A stretch of DNA of 64,000 nt from the human T2T-CHM13v2.0 reference genome, Homo sapiens. The translations under genes were made by a program, and so were the position numbers. This document shows positions 13,404-28,470 of this stretch, piece by piece (positions within the stretch are counted from its first letter, which is position 1; each line of letters begins with the position of its first letter). The stretch lies in the NCBI RefSeq assembly GCF_009914755.1, contig NC_060941.1, one strand, 5' to 3'. Below the pieces are notes generated by a model that had not been told where the DNA came from, did not search any database, and saw only the letters and a list, made by a program, of their open reading frames with translations.

Positions 13404-14036
13404 TGTTGGAGGTGTTCAATCTCGAGCAACTCCATCTTGAATAGAGGCTGGGTAAAATATGTCTGAGACATACTGGGCTGCACCCATGAGGTGAAGGCAT
13501 TCTTAGTCACAGGATGAGATAGGAGATCAGCACAAGATACAAGTCATAAAGACCTTGCTGATAAAACAGCCTGCTGTAAAGAAGCCAGCCAAATCCTACC
13601 AAAACCAAGATGGTGACGAAAGTGACCTCTGGTCACCTTCACTGCTCATTATGTGGTAATTATAATGCATTAGTATGCTAAAAGACACTCCCACCAGTGC
13701 CATGACAGTTTACAAATGCCATGGCATTGTCAGGAAGTTACCCTATATGGCCTAAAAGGGGGAGGAACCCTCAGTTCCGGGAACTGCCCATGCCTTTCCC
13801 AGAGAACTCATAAATAATTAAACCCCTCTTTAGCATATAAATCAAGAAATAACTATAAGTATCCTAGTCCAGCAGCCCAAGCTGCTGCTCTGCCTATGGA
13901 GTAGCCATTCCTTATTCTTTTGCTTTCTTAATAAACTTGCTTTCACTTTCCTCTGTGGACTTGCCCTGAATTCTTTCTTGCTCAAGATCCAAGAACCCTC
14001 TTTTGGGGTCTGGATCAGGACCCCTTTCTGGTAACA
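13404..14036 (+). mobile_element. MER41B solo LTR (ERV1)
   Basis: TG...CA ends, 633 bp, 4-bp TSD ATTC (13400-13403, 14037-14040); gagcaactccatcttgaatag...ttagtcacaggatgagatagg...; GAS TTCCGGGAA at 13775. Confidence 0.9.
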
Positions 14037-14811
14037 ATTCTACTTATATAAGATACCTAGAGTAGTCAAATTCACAGAGACAGAAAGTAGAATGGTAGTT
14101 GCCAGGGGCTGGGATAGGGATGGTGGGACTGGGGAATCAGTGTTTAATGGGCACACAGTTTCAGTTCAGGAAGACAAAAACAATTTTGGAAACGGATGGT
14201 GGTGATGGTTGCACAACAATGTACTTAATACCACTGAACTGTACACTTAAAGATGGTTAAAATCATAAATTTGATGGTATGAATATCTTAACACAATAAA
14301 CAAAACTAAAGTCATTCTTATCAGAAGACTACAAAAATAAGCTACTGGCTGGATTTAGCTCAAGGTCAAAGTCTGTTAAACTTTGTGCCATATTATTATT
14401 AATTTCATTATGTTTTTAAACAAAATAACTCATTAGCGGTGTTATTATTGTGTATTATAGTCAATTCTTTTTTAGCATCAGCTACAAGTTTACCCAAATT
14501 TGTGCTCATCACTCCTCTTTGGATACCACTTCTTTTTCCTGGTCCAGTTTTCTTTGTACTGAAGTGCATCCTTTAGTGATTCTCTCACTGATGGCCTTGA
14601 GAGAAAAGTCTATTTTTTTGTTTTAAAAATGTCTTTATTTTATCCTCAACACTATTTTACCCTATTATTATTTTAATCATTTACTATTAAATAATCATTT
14701 AGGTGAATTGAAAAAGATAGGTTGAGAGTAATTTCTCCTTGGGAATTCAGATAGTATTTCATCATCTTTTGTCCTGTCTTGTTGCTGATGAGAGGTTCAA
14801 TTACTGTTGCT

Positions 14812-15891
14812 TGTTGTGGGAAGCCAGGAACCCCAAATGGAGGGACCGGCTGAAGCCATGGTGGAAGAACATAAATTGTGAAGATTTCATGGACATTTAT
14901 TAGATCCCCAAATTAGTACTTTTATAATTTCTTATGCCTGTCTTTACTGTAATCTCTGAACATAAATTGGGAAGATTTCATGGACACTTATCACTTCCCC
15001 AATCAATACCCTTGTGATTTCCTATGCCTGTCTTTACTTTAATCTCTTAATCCTGTCATCTTGTAAGCTGAGGAGGATGTATGTCACCTCAGGACCCTGT
15101 GATGATTGTATTAACTGCACAAATTGTAGAGCATGTGTGTTTGAACAATGTGAAACCTGGGCACCTTGAAAACAGAACCGGATAACAGCAATGTTCAGGG
15201 AACAAGAGAGATAACCTTAAACTCTGACCGCTGGTGAGCTGGGTGGAACAGAGCCATATTTCTCTTCTTTCAAAAGCAAATGGGAGAAATATCGCTGAAT
15301 TCTTTTTCTCAGCAAGAAACATCCCTGAGAAAGAGAATGCGTCCCTGAGGGTGGGCCTCTAAAATGGCCCCCTTGGGTGTGGCCGTCTTTTATGGTCAAG
15401 CTGTAGGGATGAAATAAGCCCCAGTCTCCCATAGCACTCCCAGGCTTATTAGGACGAGGAAATTCCTGCCTAATAAATTTTTGGTCAGACCGGTTGTCTG
15501 CTCTCAAACCCTGTCTCCTGATGAGATGTTACCTATGACAATGTGTGCCCAAAACTTCATTAACAATTTTAATTTCCTCCTGGTCCTGTGGTCCTGTGAT
15601 CTCGCACTGCCTCCATTTGCCTTGTGATATTCTATTACCTTGTGAAGCACGTGATCTCTGTGACCCACACCCTATTAGTACACTCCCTCCCCTTTGAAAA
15701 TCACTAATAAAAACTTGCTGGTTTTGTGGCTTGTGGGGCATCAGGAATCTACTGACATGTGATGTCTCCCCTGGACGCCCAGCTTTAAAATTTCTCTCTT
15801 TTGTACTCTGTCCCTTTATTTCTCAACCCGGCCGACGCTTAGGGAAAATAGAAAAGAACCTACGTGACTATTGGGGGCTGATTCCCTGATA
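14812..15891 (+). mobile_element. MER11 (MER11C-like) solo LTR of HERV-K11/HML-8
   Basis: tgttgtgggaag...ggagggaccggctgaagccatgg...; internal duplicated gaacataaattgKgaagatttcatggaca; 6-bp TSD GTTGCT (14806-14811, 15892-15897). Confidence 0.9.
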
Positions 15892-16779
15892 GTTGCTTAA
15901 TAGATTTTCTTCTCTATTTTGCCTCTAAGTACTGGTCTTTGTCTTGAGTGTTCTGCAGTTTCCCTATAGCATGTCTAGGTACAGAGGTGTTTGTGTTTAT
16001 CCTTCTGGGGGTGATGCTTCTTCCATCTGAGGACTCATATCTTGTTTCTACTCCGAAAATTCTCATTTATTGTCGCTGGATAATGCTTCCTCCTCCTCTC
16101 CATTTTCTTTGCTCTCTCTCTTTTGGCAGCTCCTACTGCATGTTTGTTATACCTTAGGGAGAAGTGTCTCTTTTCTCGAGTCCCCTTTTCCTGCCCTGGG
16201 CAGCCCTTCAGGAATTTCACCTGATGGAGGGGTCTTAGGTCTGGTTTTCCAAGCCTTTGGACCACAGGCCATTTCCTGTCACTCTTCCCTGGGGCCAAAG
16301 TAGTTGTTCTCTTCATTCAGTATTAATTCCAAGTTTTCTGATAGGAGGGAGTTCATGTTAGCTCAGTTGTCCTATTGTTAGAGCTGGGTGTCCACCAAGG
16401 ACTTTCTTTTCCACAACAACATAGCTGCTGCATATGTGTCATATATTGTTATACACATATATTTCATATACTTAAATGAATATATTTCATATAAATTCAT
16501 ATGTATATTTTATTTATATATACACACTCTGCTCTAAGTTATCAAATTATAGTATTTCCTTCTCCATTGTAGCTCCATTTTAACAGGGACCTCTGGCTTA
16601 AGAAAATGCATCTCCAAACTTGGAATTGTAGGCACCACAACAAGCTGTAACTTGGGGACAGGGAGATTCACACTTCTTTGGGGATGCTTTATGAGGCTGG
16701 CTCTGGCTTTGGCCCTGCTGTGAAGTGCCTCTTTGATTTCCATCCTAAACACACAAATGTGTCCACACCATCTACCCTC

Positions 16780-16940
16780 ATCATTCCATCCATCTGTCAA
16801 TTCCTCTATCCATCCATCCGTCCATCCATCCATTCATTTATCCATCCATCCATTTATCCATTCATCCATCCATCCATTCATCCATCCACCCCTCCATCCA
16901 CTCCTCCACCCATCCACCCATCTATCTGTCCGTCTATCTC
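16780..16940. repeat. (TCCA)n simple repeat
   Basis: Degenerate ccat/tcca tract. Confidence 0.9.
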
Positions 16941-16964
16941 ATAAGATCCCCTTGGACCCACCAA

Positions 16965-17450
16965 TGTCATATGAGGGTTATCTAAAGCCGAAAACATCTG
17001 AACAAACAGCAGCCAAAGCAGGGAAAAAAAGACCCAAAATACCTTATCTAAACTTTTTTCTTTTTTTTTTTTGATGACTTAATAAAAGTCTCCTGAAAAT
17101 ATAGCTACCATAAATACTCTCTCCAGGAGGTTTACAGACAGAAAGGAGATGGACCACTCACACTTGGATAAGAAATTATATAAACAAAAAAAATCAAAAC
17201 TTTCCATGCTTTCTGCTTGTTTCTCATTAGCTCCCCATCATTTGCTCTCCTGGAAAGTCTTAAACCCCCTTCTTATTAAGATGATGTATAAATCCTTACC
17301 TCTCACTATTCAGAGAGATAGATTTTTGGGAACTCTTAGGTATGCAAATAAACTTTGTCTTTTCCCAACCTGTTTTTTTGTCAGTTAATTTGCAGGCCCC
17401 CAACCACTGAACCTAAGTTGGTAGAGGGAAACATTTTTCTTCCCCTCACA
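16965..17450 (+). mobile_element. MER34-like ERV1 LTR
   Basis: 3' end gtcagttaatttgcaggcccc...actgaacctaagttggtagagggaa...ttcccctcaca; AATAAA near 17347. Confidence 0.6.
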
Positions 17451-17624
17451 CCATAGCCATCCATCTATGCACTCCTCTAAGTTTCATGGAGGGTCCACTA
17501 GGCATTTGGTATGCTATCGTGAATAAAATTAGGCCTTGATCTCAATAATGCATAGGTTAGATGGGGAGCATACTTTTAAACTAAGAATTACAATACACTG
17601 TGTTAGGAGTGGCTGCAAAACTTG

Positions 17625-17860
17625 ACAGCTGAGGGTACACACTCTGGTGTCACACTGCTTCCGGTCAGATCCAGGTTCTACCCTTTCCTAGCCAAGTGGC
17701 CTTGAGCATTTCACTAAAGCTCTCCAAACCTCAGTTCTCTCATCCATAAACTTGACATCAGAATAACACAGCCTCCTTGGGGGTCAGGGTGTGAGGATCA
17801 CCAGCTAACTTATGTAAACAGCTCAGATCAGTGGCTGGGACCTGGTGAATGCTTGATGAA
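17625..17860 (+). mobile_element. MIR
   Basis: gtggccttgagc...cctcagttctctcatccataaa...atgtaaacagctcag. Confidence 0.65.
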
Positions 17861-18245
17861 TATTTCCTCCAAGGTAGTGTTGAAGCAAAGAGGAACCTTG
17901 AGAGAGTCTTGCTGGCCCCAGAATGTGGCTCTGTGTGTGTGTATTGGGCTAGTGTGTAGAAAGCATTCGTTCCTTTGATGAACATGTAGCAGAAAAGGTC
18001 AGAAACATAAGAAAATAATCACAGAACACTTACATTTGATAAATGAAAAATAACATGTTAAAATATGATCCCATATAAAATGAGAAGGCACTGAATGAAG
18101 GAGACAGCTACTTCAGTAAGGAGCTGAAATAAAGTATTTTCTGGGATGATCGTGTCCTTGGAAGACTAGGAGTCAGTGTTCAGGGACAAAGAAAGAGCAG
18201 TGCCTATTTCAAGCTGTAGGGAAATCTGGGCACCTATTCAGGAAC

Positions 18246-18614
18246 TGTTATGGCTGGCTCTGTGTCTCCACCCAAATCTCATGTTGGATTGTAATTTCCA
18301 ATGTCAGGGGAGGGACCTGATGGGAGGTGATTGGATCATGGTGGTGGATTTTTCCCTTGCTGTTCTTGTGATAGTGAGTGAGCTCTCACAACATCTGGTT
18401 GTTTAAAAGTGTGTAGCACCTCCAGCTTCATTTTCTTTCTCCTGCTCCCACCATGTAAGATGTGCTGGCTTTCCCTTTGCTTTCCACCATGATTGTAAGT
18501 TTCCTGAAGCCTCCGGTACAGCCTGCAGAACCATGAATCAATTAAACCTCTTTTCTTTATAAATTACCCAGTCTCGGGTAGTTCTTTATAGCAGTGTAAG
18601 AATGGACTAATACA
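18246..18614 (+). mobile_element. MST(A)-type MaLR solo LTR
   Basis: TG...CA ends; 5-bp TSD GGAAC at 18241-18245 and 18615-18619. Confidence 0.9.
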
Positions 18615-19277
18615 GGAACACAACAAGCTTTTTATCCAGCAGCATCCACATACTTGACATACTTGACCCAAGTCGCAGGCTTCCATTGCATATGGGATTA
18701 GTTAGACATTAGAAAGACCTAGATGGCAGAGGTCTCTGCTTTTTTTGTAGAATGCGCAGTCCTGGTCCTTCCCTCTGCTAAACCTTAGTCTTTTCTCCCT
18801 ATTCTTGGGCTTCTAGGCAAAGGGAATTTGAAGGATTGCAGTAACACAGTACTCTTGGGACTTCTGGCCAGTCTTCTGGGTAGGCCTTTGTCCCTGTGTC
18901 ATGGTTCTTGAATTTTGTGTGTATGGCTCATTACCTTCATCTCAATATATTTCAACAATGGGAACTTCTGCGGGGCACAACTCATGTCCACAGCCTCGTC
19001 TATGTACAGAGCCCAAAGCAGCACCACTATCAGTTTGGGGTTTAGGGTGTTGAAGATGTTGAGTTGTCAGTTATTGAGTTAAAAATCTCCTGATTATATA
19101 GAAAATGTCCAGATATATCACTTTATCAATGGAGGCCAATATTGTGAATGAGTGGCCCTTTTATTATTTCACATTTATATCTCCCATTTAATCTCTAGCA
19201 TTCTTGTTAAAACAGATAAAGTCCATGACTTCACAGCAGTCAGTGGCCTGGAATTTTGTCTTTTTAAAAAGATTTCT

Positions 19278-19570
<293 letters not shown>

Positions 19571-19594
19571 TTTCTAAAGGTGATTTTACTGAAA

Positions 19595-19940
19595 CACTAG
19601 TCGTGCTGGATTAGGGTGGGCCATAAGCCCAATGACCAGAGTCTTCATATGTAGTGGGAGGACAACACAGAGGCACACAAAGGTAAGAAGTTCATGTGAA
19701 GATGGAGGCAGAGATTGGAGTGAGGCAGCTGTAAGCTGTGGAACCCCAGGGATTGCTTGGAGCCATCAGAGGCTGGAAGAGGCAACAAAGGACCCTCCCC
19801 TAGCCTCAGAGGGAGCACAGCCCTGCCAAAACCTTGACTTTGGACTTGTAGCCTCCAGAACTAATAGAGAATTAATTTCCGTTGTTTTAAGCCACCTTGT
19901 TTGCGGTCCTTTGTTACAGCAGCTCTGGGGAATTCATAAG
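19595..19940 (+). mobile_element. MLT1(B/C) MaLR LTR
   Basis: gattagggtgggcc...gtgaagatggaggcagagattggagtga...gcctccagaact...gttgttttaagccacc. Confidence 0.85.
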
Positions 19941-20055
19941 GTAGGCTTGTATCATAGTTCGATTATTCTCCTACAGATGAACATTGTTTCCAACTTTTCA
20001 TCAAAACAAATGCTGTTGTAATGAACATCCTTGTACATTCCTCTGTGCGCATCTA

Positions 20056-20410
<355 letters not shown>

Positions 20411-20499
20411 AAAAGAGGAATCGCTGGGTTAGAGTATGCATATTTTAAGACCAATCTTCCATGCCAAATAGTCTTTTTAAAAAATTTATTTTATTATAT

Positions 20500-20671
<172 letters not shown>

Positions 20672-21047
20672 TAATGCATGTATGAGGATAATCATGCCCT
20701 TACATCCTAGCTGGAACTGTTAGGAACACTTTCACATTGTTGGTGCTAGCATTTACTGCAGCAGCGAGACCACGTGGGGCTGAGCACCACATTCTTCTGG
20801 AGGCCAAGAATGTTAGGGGCTCTGGTCCTCCTGCAAACTCCTAACCCTGGGAGGACAGAGATGATAAGGATGACCAGAGAGACTGCAGGGCATGAGCCTC
20901 CCTGCCTGTCCTCTGGTGTATCCTAGCCTGTGCCAGGTGATTCAGCCTCAGTGGGGCTTTTGGTGCTTGTCTTGTGCCACCAGCATCAGTGGTCCCAGTG
21001 TAAAGCTTAACAGGAAATCAGAGAATCTGTTACATTTCACTCTGTAT

Positions 21048-21668
<621 letters not shown>

Positions 21669-22536
21669 TGTATTATTTTAATATGTGATTTATCTTTCTG
21701 AAAGTTTGTGAAGTCGTTGGGATTGGGGACTATGCAGTCCTCTTTGCATCCCTAGACATAGAAGAGCCTGTTCCTGGAAGGGACGGAAGTGGGAAACTGT
21801 TTTAGCCTCCTTGTTGGGGTTCCGCCCTTGAGGCTGCTGGTGCCCTCATGTCTTCCCCAGTAACACATTCTGTCCTGGAAACATAAGTGTGACATCCCAC
21901 TCCCCTATGGAGTCAGGCTTCAGGATGTCAGTTACCAGGGCAGGTTGGCCTGACCCCAGAAAGTGACTCAGATTCCCCAGGCACACCCTTGTCCCTTGTT
22001 GTGGGAAGTCTCACCCCGGAGAGGCTGACTCCAGGGTTGTTGAAATAGAGCAGCCAGGTTCTGCCGATGACTGCTTAAAATTCATGTTGCCATGGTAGCA
22101 TGGCATTAGGCCACCGGTGATCCTGCTGCACAAAGCTTTGATCTCGGAGAAGGCAGAGTTTCTTTTGCTCTCTAGCTGGTTCTAAGGGGACTGCCTTGGG
22201 ACCAAGCTTTGGCTTTGCTCCTGGGCCTGGGGATTGTCCTAGAAGCAGAGAACTGGGGACAGCAAGACAGAGAACAAGACCCTCAGAAGTGGACTAAGCC
22301 CCGAGACTGCGATTCCAGTCGGAGGGACTTGGCTGGAAACCCTAAGGGCAAGAGATCTGGGTCTGAAGAGAGTGCAGTCAGATAGATCTGTAATGAGGGG
22401 ATGTATATGCACTGCTTGACTTGAGAGAAAAGTGCAAATGAGATGGTCTGTGTGTGTTTTTAGTAGCAGAGCTAAGAAGAGGGTGGCTTATAAATGGGCT
22501 GGCTCAGCATGTCTCAGCATTGTTTGTAACTTACGC

Positions 22537-23560
<1,024 letters not shown>

Positions 23561-23576
23561 AGATGCAAAACCTAGT

Positions 23577-24350
<774 letters not shown>

Positions 24351-24820
24351 CAGTGCAATAGAGGAAGGCACTGCCAGTCCACGGGGCCAGGAAATCAGGA
24401 GGAGGAAGCAGTGTGGGGGAGACGAGCTCATGACGGTGAGTTTGAAAACGACTAGCTTGTACCTGGGAGAGGAAACAGGACTGGAGATGTAGCCTTTGGT
24501 GACATCATCCTCTTGACATAATGGAAATATTGGGGTCCAGGAAGGGAGGAGGCATTGAGGGACAGAATTGGGGGTGTGGGAGAGGAAGTATTAGGACAGA
24601 ACCTGGAGGAAAGCTGGCCTTAGGGAGGGAAGGTAGGGAGGGAGGCCAGAGAAGATGAAGGAGGGCCTGGTGGTGGAAGTGCATGGTGAAGATTCAGGAA
24701 GCATCTGCCACATGCTAAGTACTTGCTGCATACACCGTCATTTCCAGTGGAGCATTCCAGGGAACTGAGACTGAGAAAAAGCCACTGCCTTCTGGAAACC
24801 AAGTTCAAGAGTTAAGGAAT

Positions 24821-25135
24821 GGGCAAGAGTGGTGGCTCATGTCTATAATCCCAACTCTTTGGGAGGCTGAGGCTGGCAGATCGCTTGAGCCCAGGAATTT
24901 GAGACCAACCTGGGCAACGTGGTGAAACCTCATCTCTACAAAAAAAAAAAAAAAAGCTGGGTGTGGTGGCGTGTGCCTGTAGCCTCCAGCTACTATGGAG
25001 GCTGAGGTAGGAGGATCACTTGTGTCTGGGAGGTCCAGCCTGCACTGAGATGTGATTCTGCCACTGTACTTGAATGAGACCCTGTCAAAAAAAAAAAAAA
25101 AAAAGAAAAGGAAAGAAAGGAAAAGGGAAAAAAGA
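24821..25135 (+). mobile_element. Alu (AluJ-type)
   Basis: Diverged dimer; flanks repeat aagagttaag.aatg. Confidence 0.9.
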
Positions 25136-25279
25136 GTTAAGTAATGAATGCTATAGGCCTGAGAAATTTGGCAGTGAAGAGAATGAGAGATGATGCTAAC
25201 AGGGTCAAGGGAAGATTTTTTTTTTGTGCTTTTATTCTCTTGCAAACTGAAATTTCTTTTTAGAATGAGTAGACCATCT

Positions 25280-25800
25280 AGAGTCGTTATATGACCCAGC
25301 CACTCCACTCCTAAGTGTATACCCAAAAGAACTGAAAACGTATGTTTACAAAAAACTTATACACACATGCTCACAGCAGCACGATTCATTCATAATAACT
25401 GAAAAGCGGAAACAATCCAAATGTCCATCAGCAGATGAATGGATAAACAAAATGTGGTCTATCTGTATAATGGAATATTATTCTGCCATTAAAAGAAATG
25501 AAGTTCCAATACATGCTCCAGCACTGATGAAACTTAGAAACATTATACTGAGTGAAATAACCCAGACACAGAAGACCACACATTGTGAGTCCATTTACAC
25601 AAAATGCCCAGAAAAGGCAACCCATGGAGACAGAAATTAGATGGGTGGTTGCCAGGGGCTGGGAGAGGGGAGAAGGAGGAGCGGCTGCTGATGGGATTTC
25701 CTTTTGGGGTGATGAGAATGTGCTGGAATTACACAGTGGTGATGTTTGCACCACTCTGTGAGTATACTAAAAAACAATTTAATGGTTTGCATTAAAAAAA
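25280..25800 (+). mobile_element. L1M 3' fragment
   Basis: atatgacccagc..ttccactcctaag..tatacccaaaagaactgaaaac...aaatgtccatca...tggaatattattc. Confidence 0.85.
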
Positions 25801-26189
25801 AGAAGAGGTAGATCAAATACTCTCTTTAGATGAAAAGCTTATGGGTTGAATATTGGAGAGGATAAGTGGCAGAGCAAGGAAGATGGGGGAAGTGATCATG
25901 GCCAAAGGTAAAACAATGGAATCTAGGAGGGGGATGTTCCTTCCTTCCCAGGGATCAGAGCAAAGAAAGAGACGCAGCAGCCACCTGCTCCACCAACACA
26001 GCAGGCACTGTGGCCAGGGCCCGTGCCACACTTAGGGGTCCACAGAAATGTTTTATTTTCTTTTAAACTTAAGAAAAAAAAAGATCAATGCAATTCAACT
26101 TGGATTATATTCATCTTTATACCAACACAGTTGTAATGTACATAATTTTGTATTTTTTTAAATTCTGTGAATTAAAAAGTTTACATCAA

Positions 26190-26486
26190 GGGCTGGGCGT
26201 GGTGACTCACCCCTCCAATCCTAGCACTTTGGGAGCTGAGGCAGGTGGATCGCTTGAGTCCAGGAGTTCAAGACCAGCCTGAGCAACATGGTGAGGCCCT
26301 GTCTCTACAAAAAATATAAAAAATTAGCTGGGTGTGGTAGAGTGCACCTGTAGTCCCAGGTACTTGGGAGGCTGAGGTGGAAGGATCACCTGACCCCAGG
26401 AGGTGAGGGTTGCAATGAGCTGAGATCATGTCACTGCACTCCAGCTTGGGTGACAGAGTGAGACCTTGTCTCTTAAAAAAAAAAAA
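26190..26486 (+). mobile_element. Alu (AluJ-type), nested in a probable DNA-transposon relic (~26005-26532)
   Basis: Full dimer; TSD-like aaaaRtttacatMa. Confidence 0.9.
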
Positions 26487-26719
26487 TTCACATAAGTGCC
26501 CAGGGCCCATAAAAGTCATAGTGAGGTCCTGGATGCAGTCCGAGAAGGAAGAGTGAGATATGGAGGGGACACACTGTCTTTTAAGAAAGGCACAAGGAAG
26601 GCCAGCAGTGGGAGCTGGAAGGAAGAAACACCTGATTTCAATGAGGTTTTGGCTTTTCTGAGCACGTTCACGGACTTTCTCTCAGGCAATCCTCAAACAT
26701 CGTTTGCTATTCACAGCCC

Positions 26720-27081
26720 CATTGACCTTTGAACAACACAGATTTGAACTGCACGGGTCCACTGATACACGGATTTTTTTCAATAAATATACTGAAAAAT
26801 TAGGGAGAGGGGATTTGTGACAATTTGAAAAAATGGACAGGCAAACCTCACAGCCTAGAAATATGGAAAATAATTAAGAAAAAGGTACGTCATGAGTTCA
26901 TAAAATAGATGTAGACGCTGGTCTATTTGTATGTCAATTGACAGTTTATGTTATTGGTAAAGCGCCTGGTCACTGTTGGCTATTGGTAGTTAAGTTTTGG
27001 GAGGAGTTAAAAGTTATATGTGAATTTTTGACTAGGTAGGGGTTGGTGCCCCTAACCCCGGTGCTGTTCAAGGGTCAACTG
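26720..27081. mobile_element. Tigger2-family MITE (MER28/Tigger2a-like)
   Basis: TIRs cattgacctttgaacaac ... gctgttcaagggtcaactg followed by TA. Confidence 0.85.
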
Positions 27082-27692
27082 TATTCACATACTATGCATT
27101 ATTATAGAAGATTGTAGCCTTTTTCCTCCAGCACCCAAACCGCAAGCACAATGTTGATGACATATAGGCAATTTGCACTCTTTCGGAAGACTTCAGGTTT
27201 GCTATGTTTCTTATGAGCTGGTCCCTAGATCCCAAGACTACTAGGGGTTATATGGATAATGTCAGCTCACTCTCCTTGTCACTTAATTTCCTATTCCCTC
27301 TCCCTGTGCCCCTGCTGGTCCTTTCAATGCCTTTGTGCAAATCAGAATAAAGCTATCTTCTCCAGATAATCTTAGTCCTTCAGGCAGTGGCTTGGCAAGC
27401 ACTCTACCCCTTTGTGCAAATTCCAAAAGGCACCCTTTCTTCTACCATTCAGCTTGTGAAGAGGAGCAAAGGCTAGATTTCGGTCTTTGCTGATCCCCAC
27501 GGCTGGGGACCCAACCTGTCGACTGTGGCAGGGACCCATCTCCTCCTCACCTCTGAGCTTAGGATGTGGCATCCTTGGTATCCTCCATAGTCATTGGCTT
27601 ACCTGGCACATCCAGACTTTGCAAATTCTTGAAGAAAAACATCATGGCTTTTACTTTTCAAAGGTCTGCATCTTTTTACTGCAATGTAAGTT

Positions 27693-28004
27693 TCTTTCTT
27701 TCTTTTTTTTTTTTTTTTTTAAGATGAAGTCTCGCTGTGTCACTCAGGCTGGAGTGCAGTGGCATGATCTTGGCTCACTGCAACTTCTGCCTCCTGGGTT
27801 CAAGCGATTCTCCTGCCTCAGCTTTCTGAGTAGCTGGGACTACATGCACCACCATGCCTGGTCAATTTTTTTTTTTTTTTTTTTAGTAGAGACAAGGTTT
27901 TACCACATTGGCCAGGCTGGTCCCAAATTCCTGACCTCTAGTAGTCTGCCTGCCTTGGCCTCCCAAAGTGCTGGGATTATAGGTGTGAGCCACCGCGCCC
28001 AGCC
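27693..28004 (-). mobile_element. Alu
   Basis: TSD aatgtaagtttct. Confidence 0.95.
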
Positions 28005-28132
28005 TTGGAATGTAAGTTTCTTATTTGCTTTTTTTTCCCCATAGGAGATGCCTCATGAATTTTTACTGTTACTACTACCTTCCAGTTGCTGGGTTCTGTT
28101 TTAAAGGCTGACTGTGTGAGCCAAGCATTACA

Positions 28133-28158
28133 TCTCTCTCTCTCTCTCACCCACCCCT

Positions 28159-28191
<33 letters not shown>

Positions 28192-28206
28192 CACTTACAC
28201 ACACAC
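28133..28206. repeat. (CT)n/(CA)n microsatellite
   Basis: Read directly. Confidence 0.9.
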
Positions 28207-28248
28207 TCTCATTGACTCTTCACAGTCGTGTAAAGCAAATACATCCCC

Positions 28249-28470
28249 GTATTCTTTTGATAGGCTGCCATGACAAAATACCACAGGCTGGGGGGTTTAA
28301 ACAACAGAAATTTATTTTATCAAAGTTCTGAAGTCTGAAAGTCTGAGACCAAGGTGTTGGCAGGTTTGCTTTCTCCTGAGGCCTCTCTCCTTAGCTTGCA
28401 GACGGCCACCTTCTCACTGTGTGTTCACATGCTCATCTCTCTGTGCTTGTGTGTGCCCAGTGTCTCTGGG
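28249..28470 (-). mobile_element. MLT1A-type LTR fragment
   Basis: ggctgccatgacaaaataccacaggctggg..ttaaacaacagaaatttatt...caaggtgttggcagg. Confidence 0.8.

Larger units (their letters stand above)
12455..14300 (+). mobile_element. L1M(B) 3' fragment interrupted by an Alu and MER41B
   Basis: ORF2 C-terminal remnant (ORF 13086-13301 ...IAKLWKQFKCSSVEEWINKM) and L1MB-type 3' UTR (gtagaatggtagttgccagggg...gaactgtacacttaaa). Confidence 0.85.

Noticed and set aside
13404-15891. MER41B and MER11 as the two LTRs of one provirus
   Set aside because: Different families, each with its own TSD; the DNA between them is L1/AT-rich, with no gag/pol.
16678-17074. His/Pro/Ser/Ile-rich ORFs
   Set aside because: Translations of the (TCCA)n microsatellite.
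27487-28044. 185-aa ORF and similar ORFs at 22539, 24805, 11782, 35704 and 53715
   Set aside because: Translations of antisense Alu sequence (LSPRLECSG..., SASQSAGI...).
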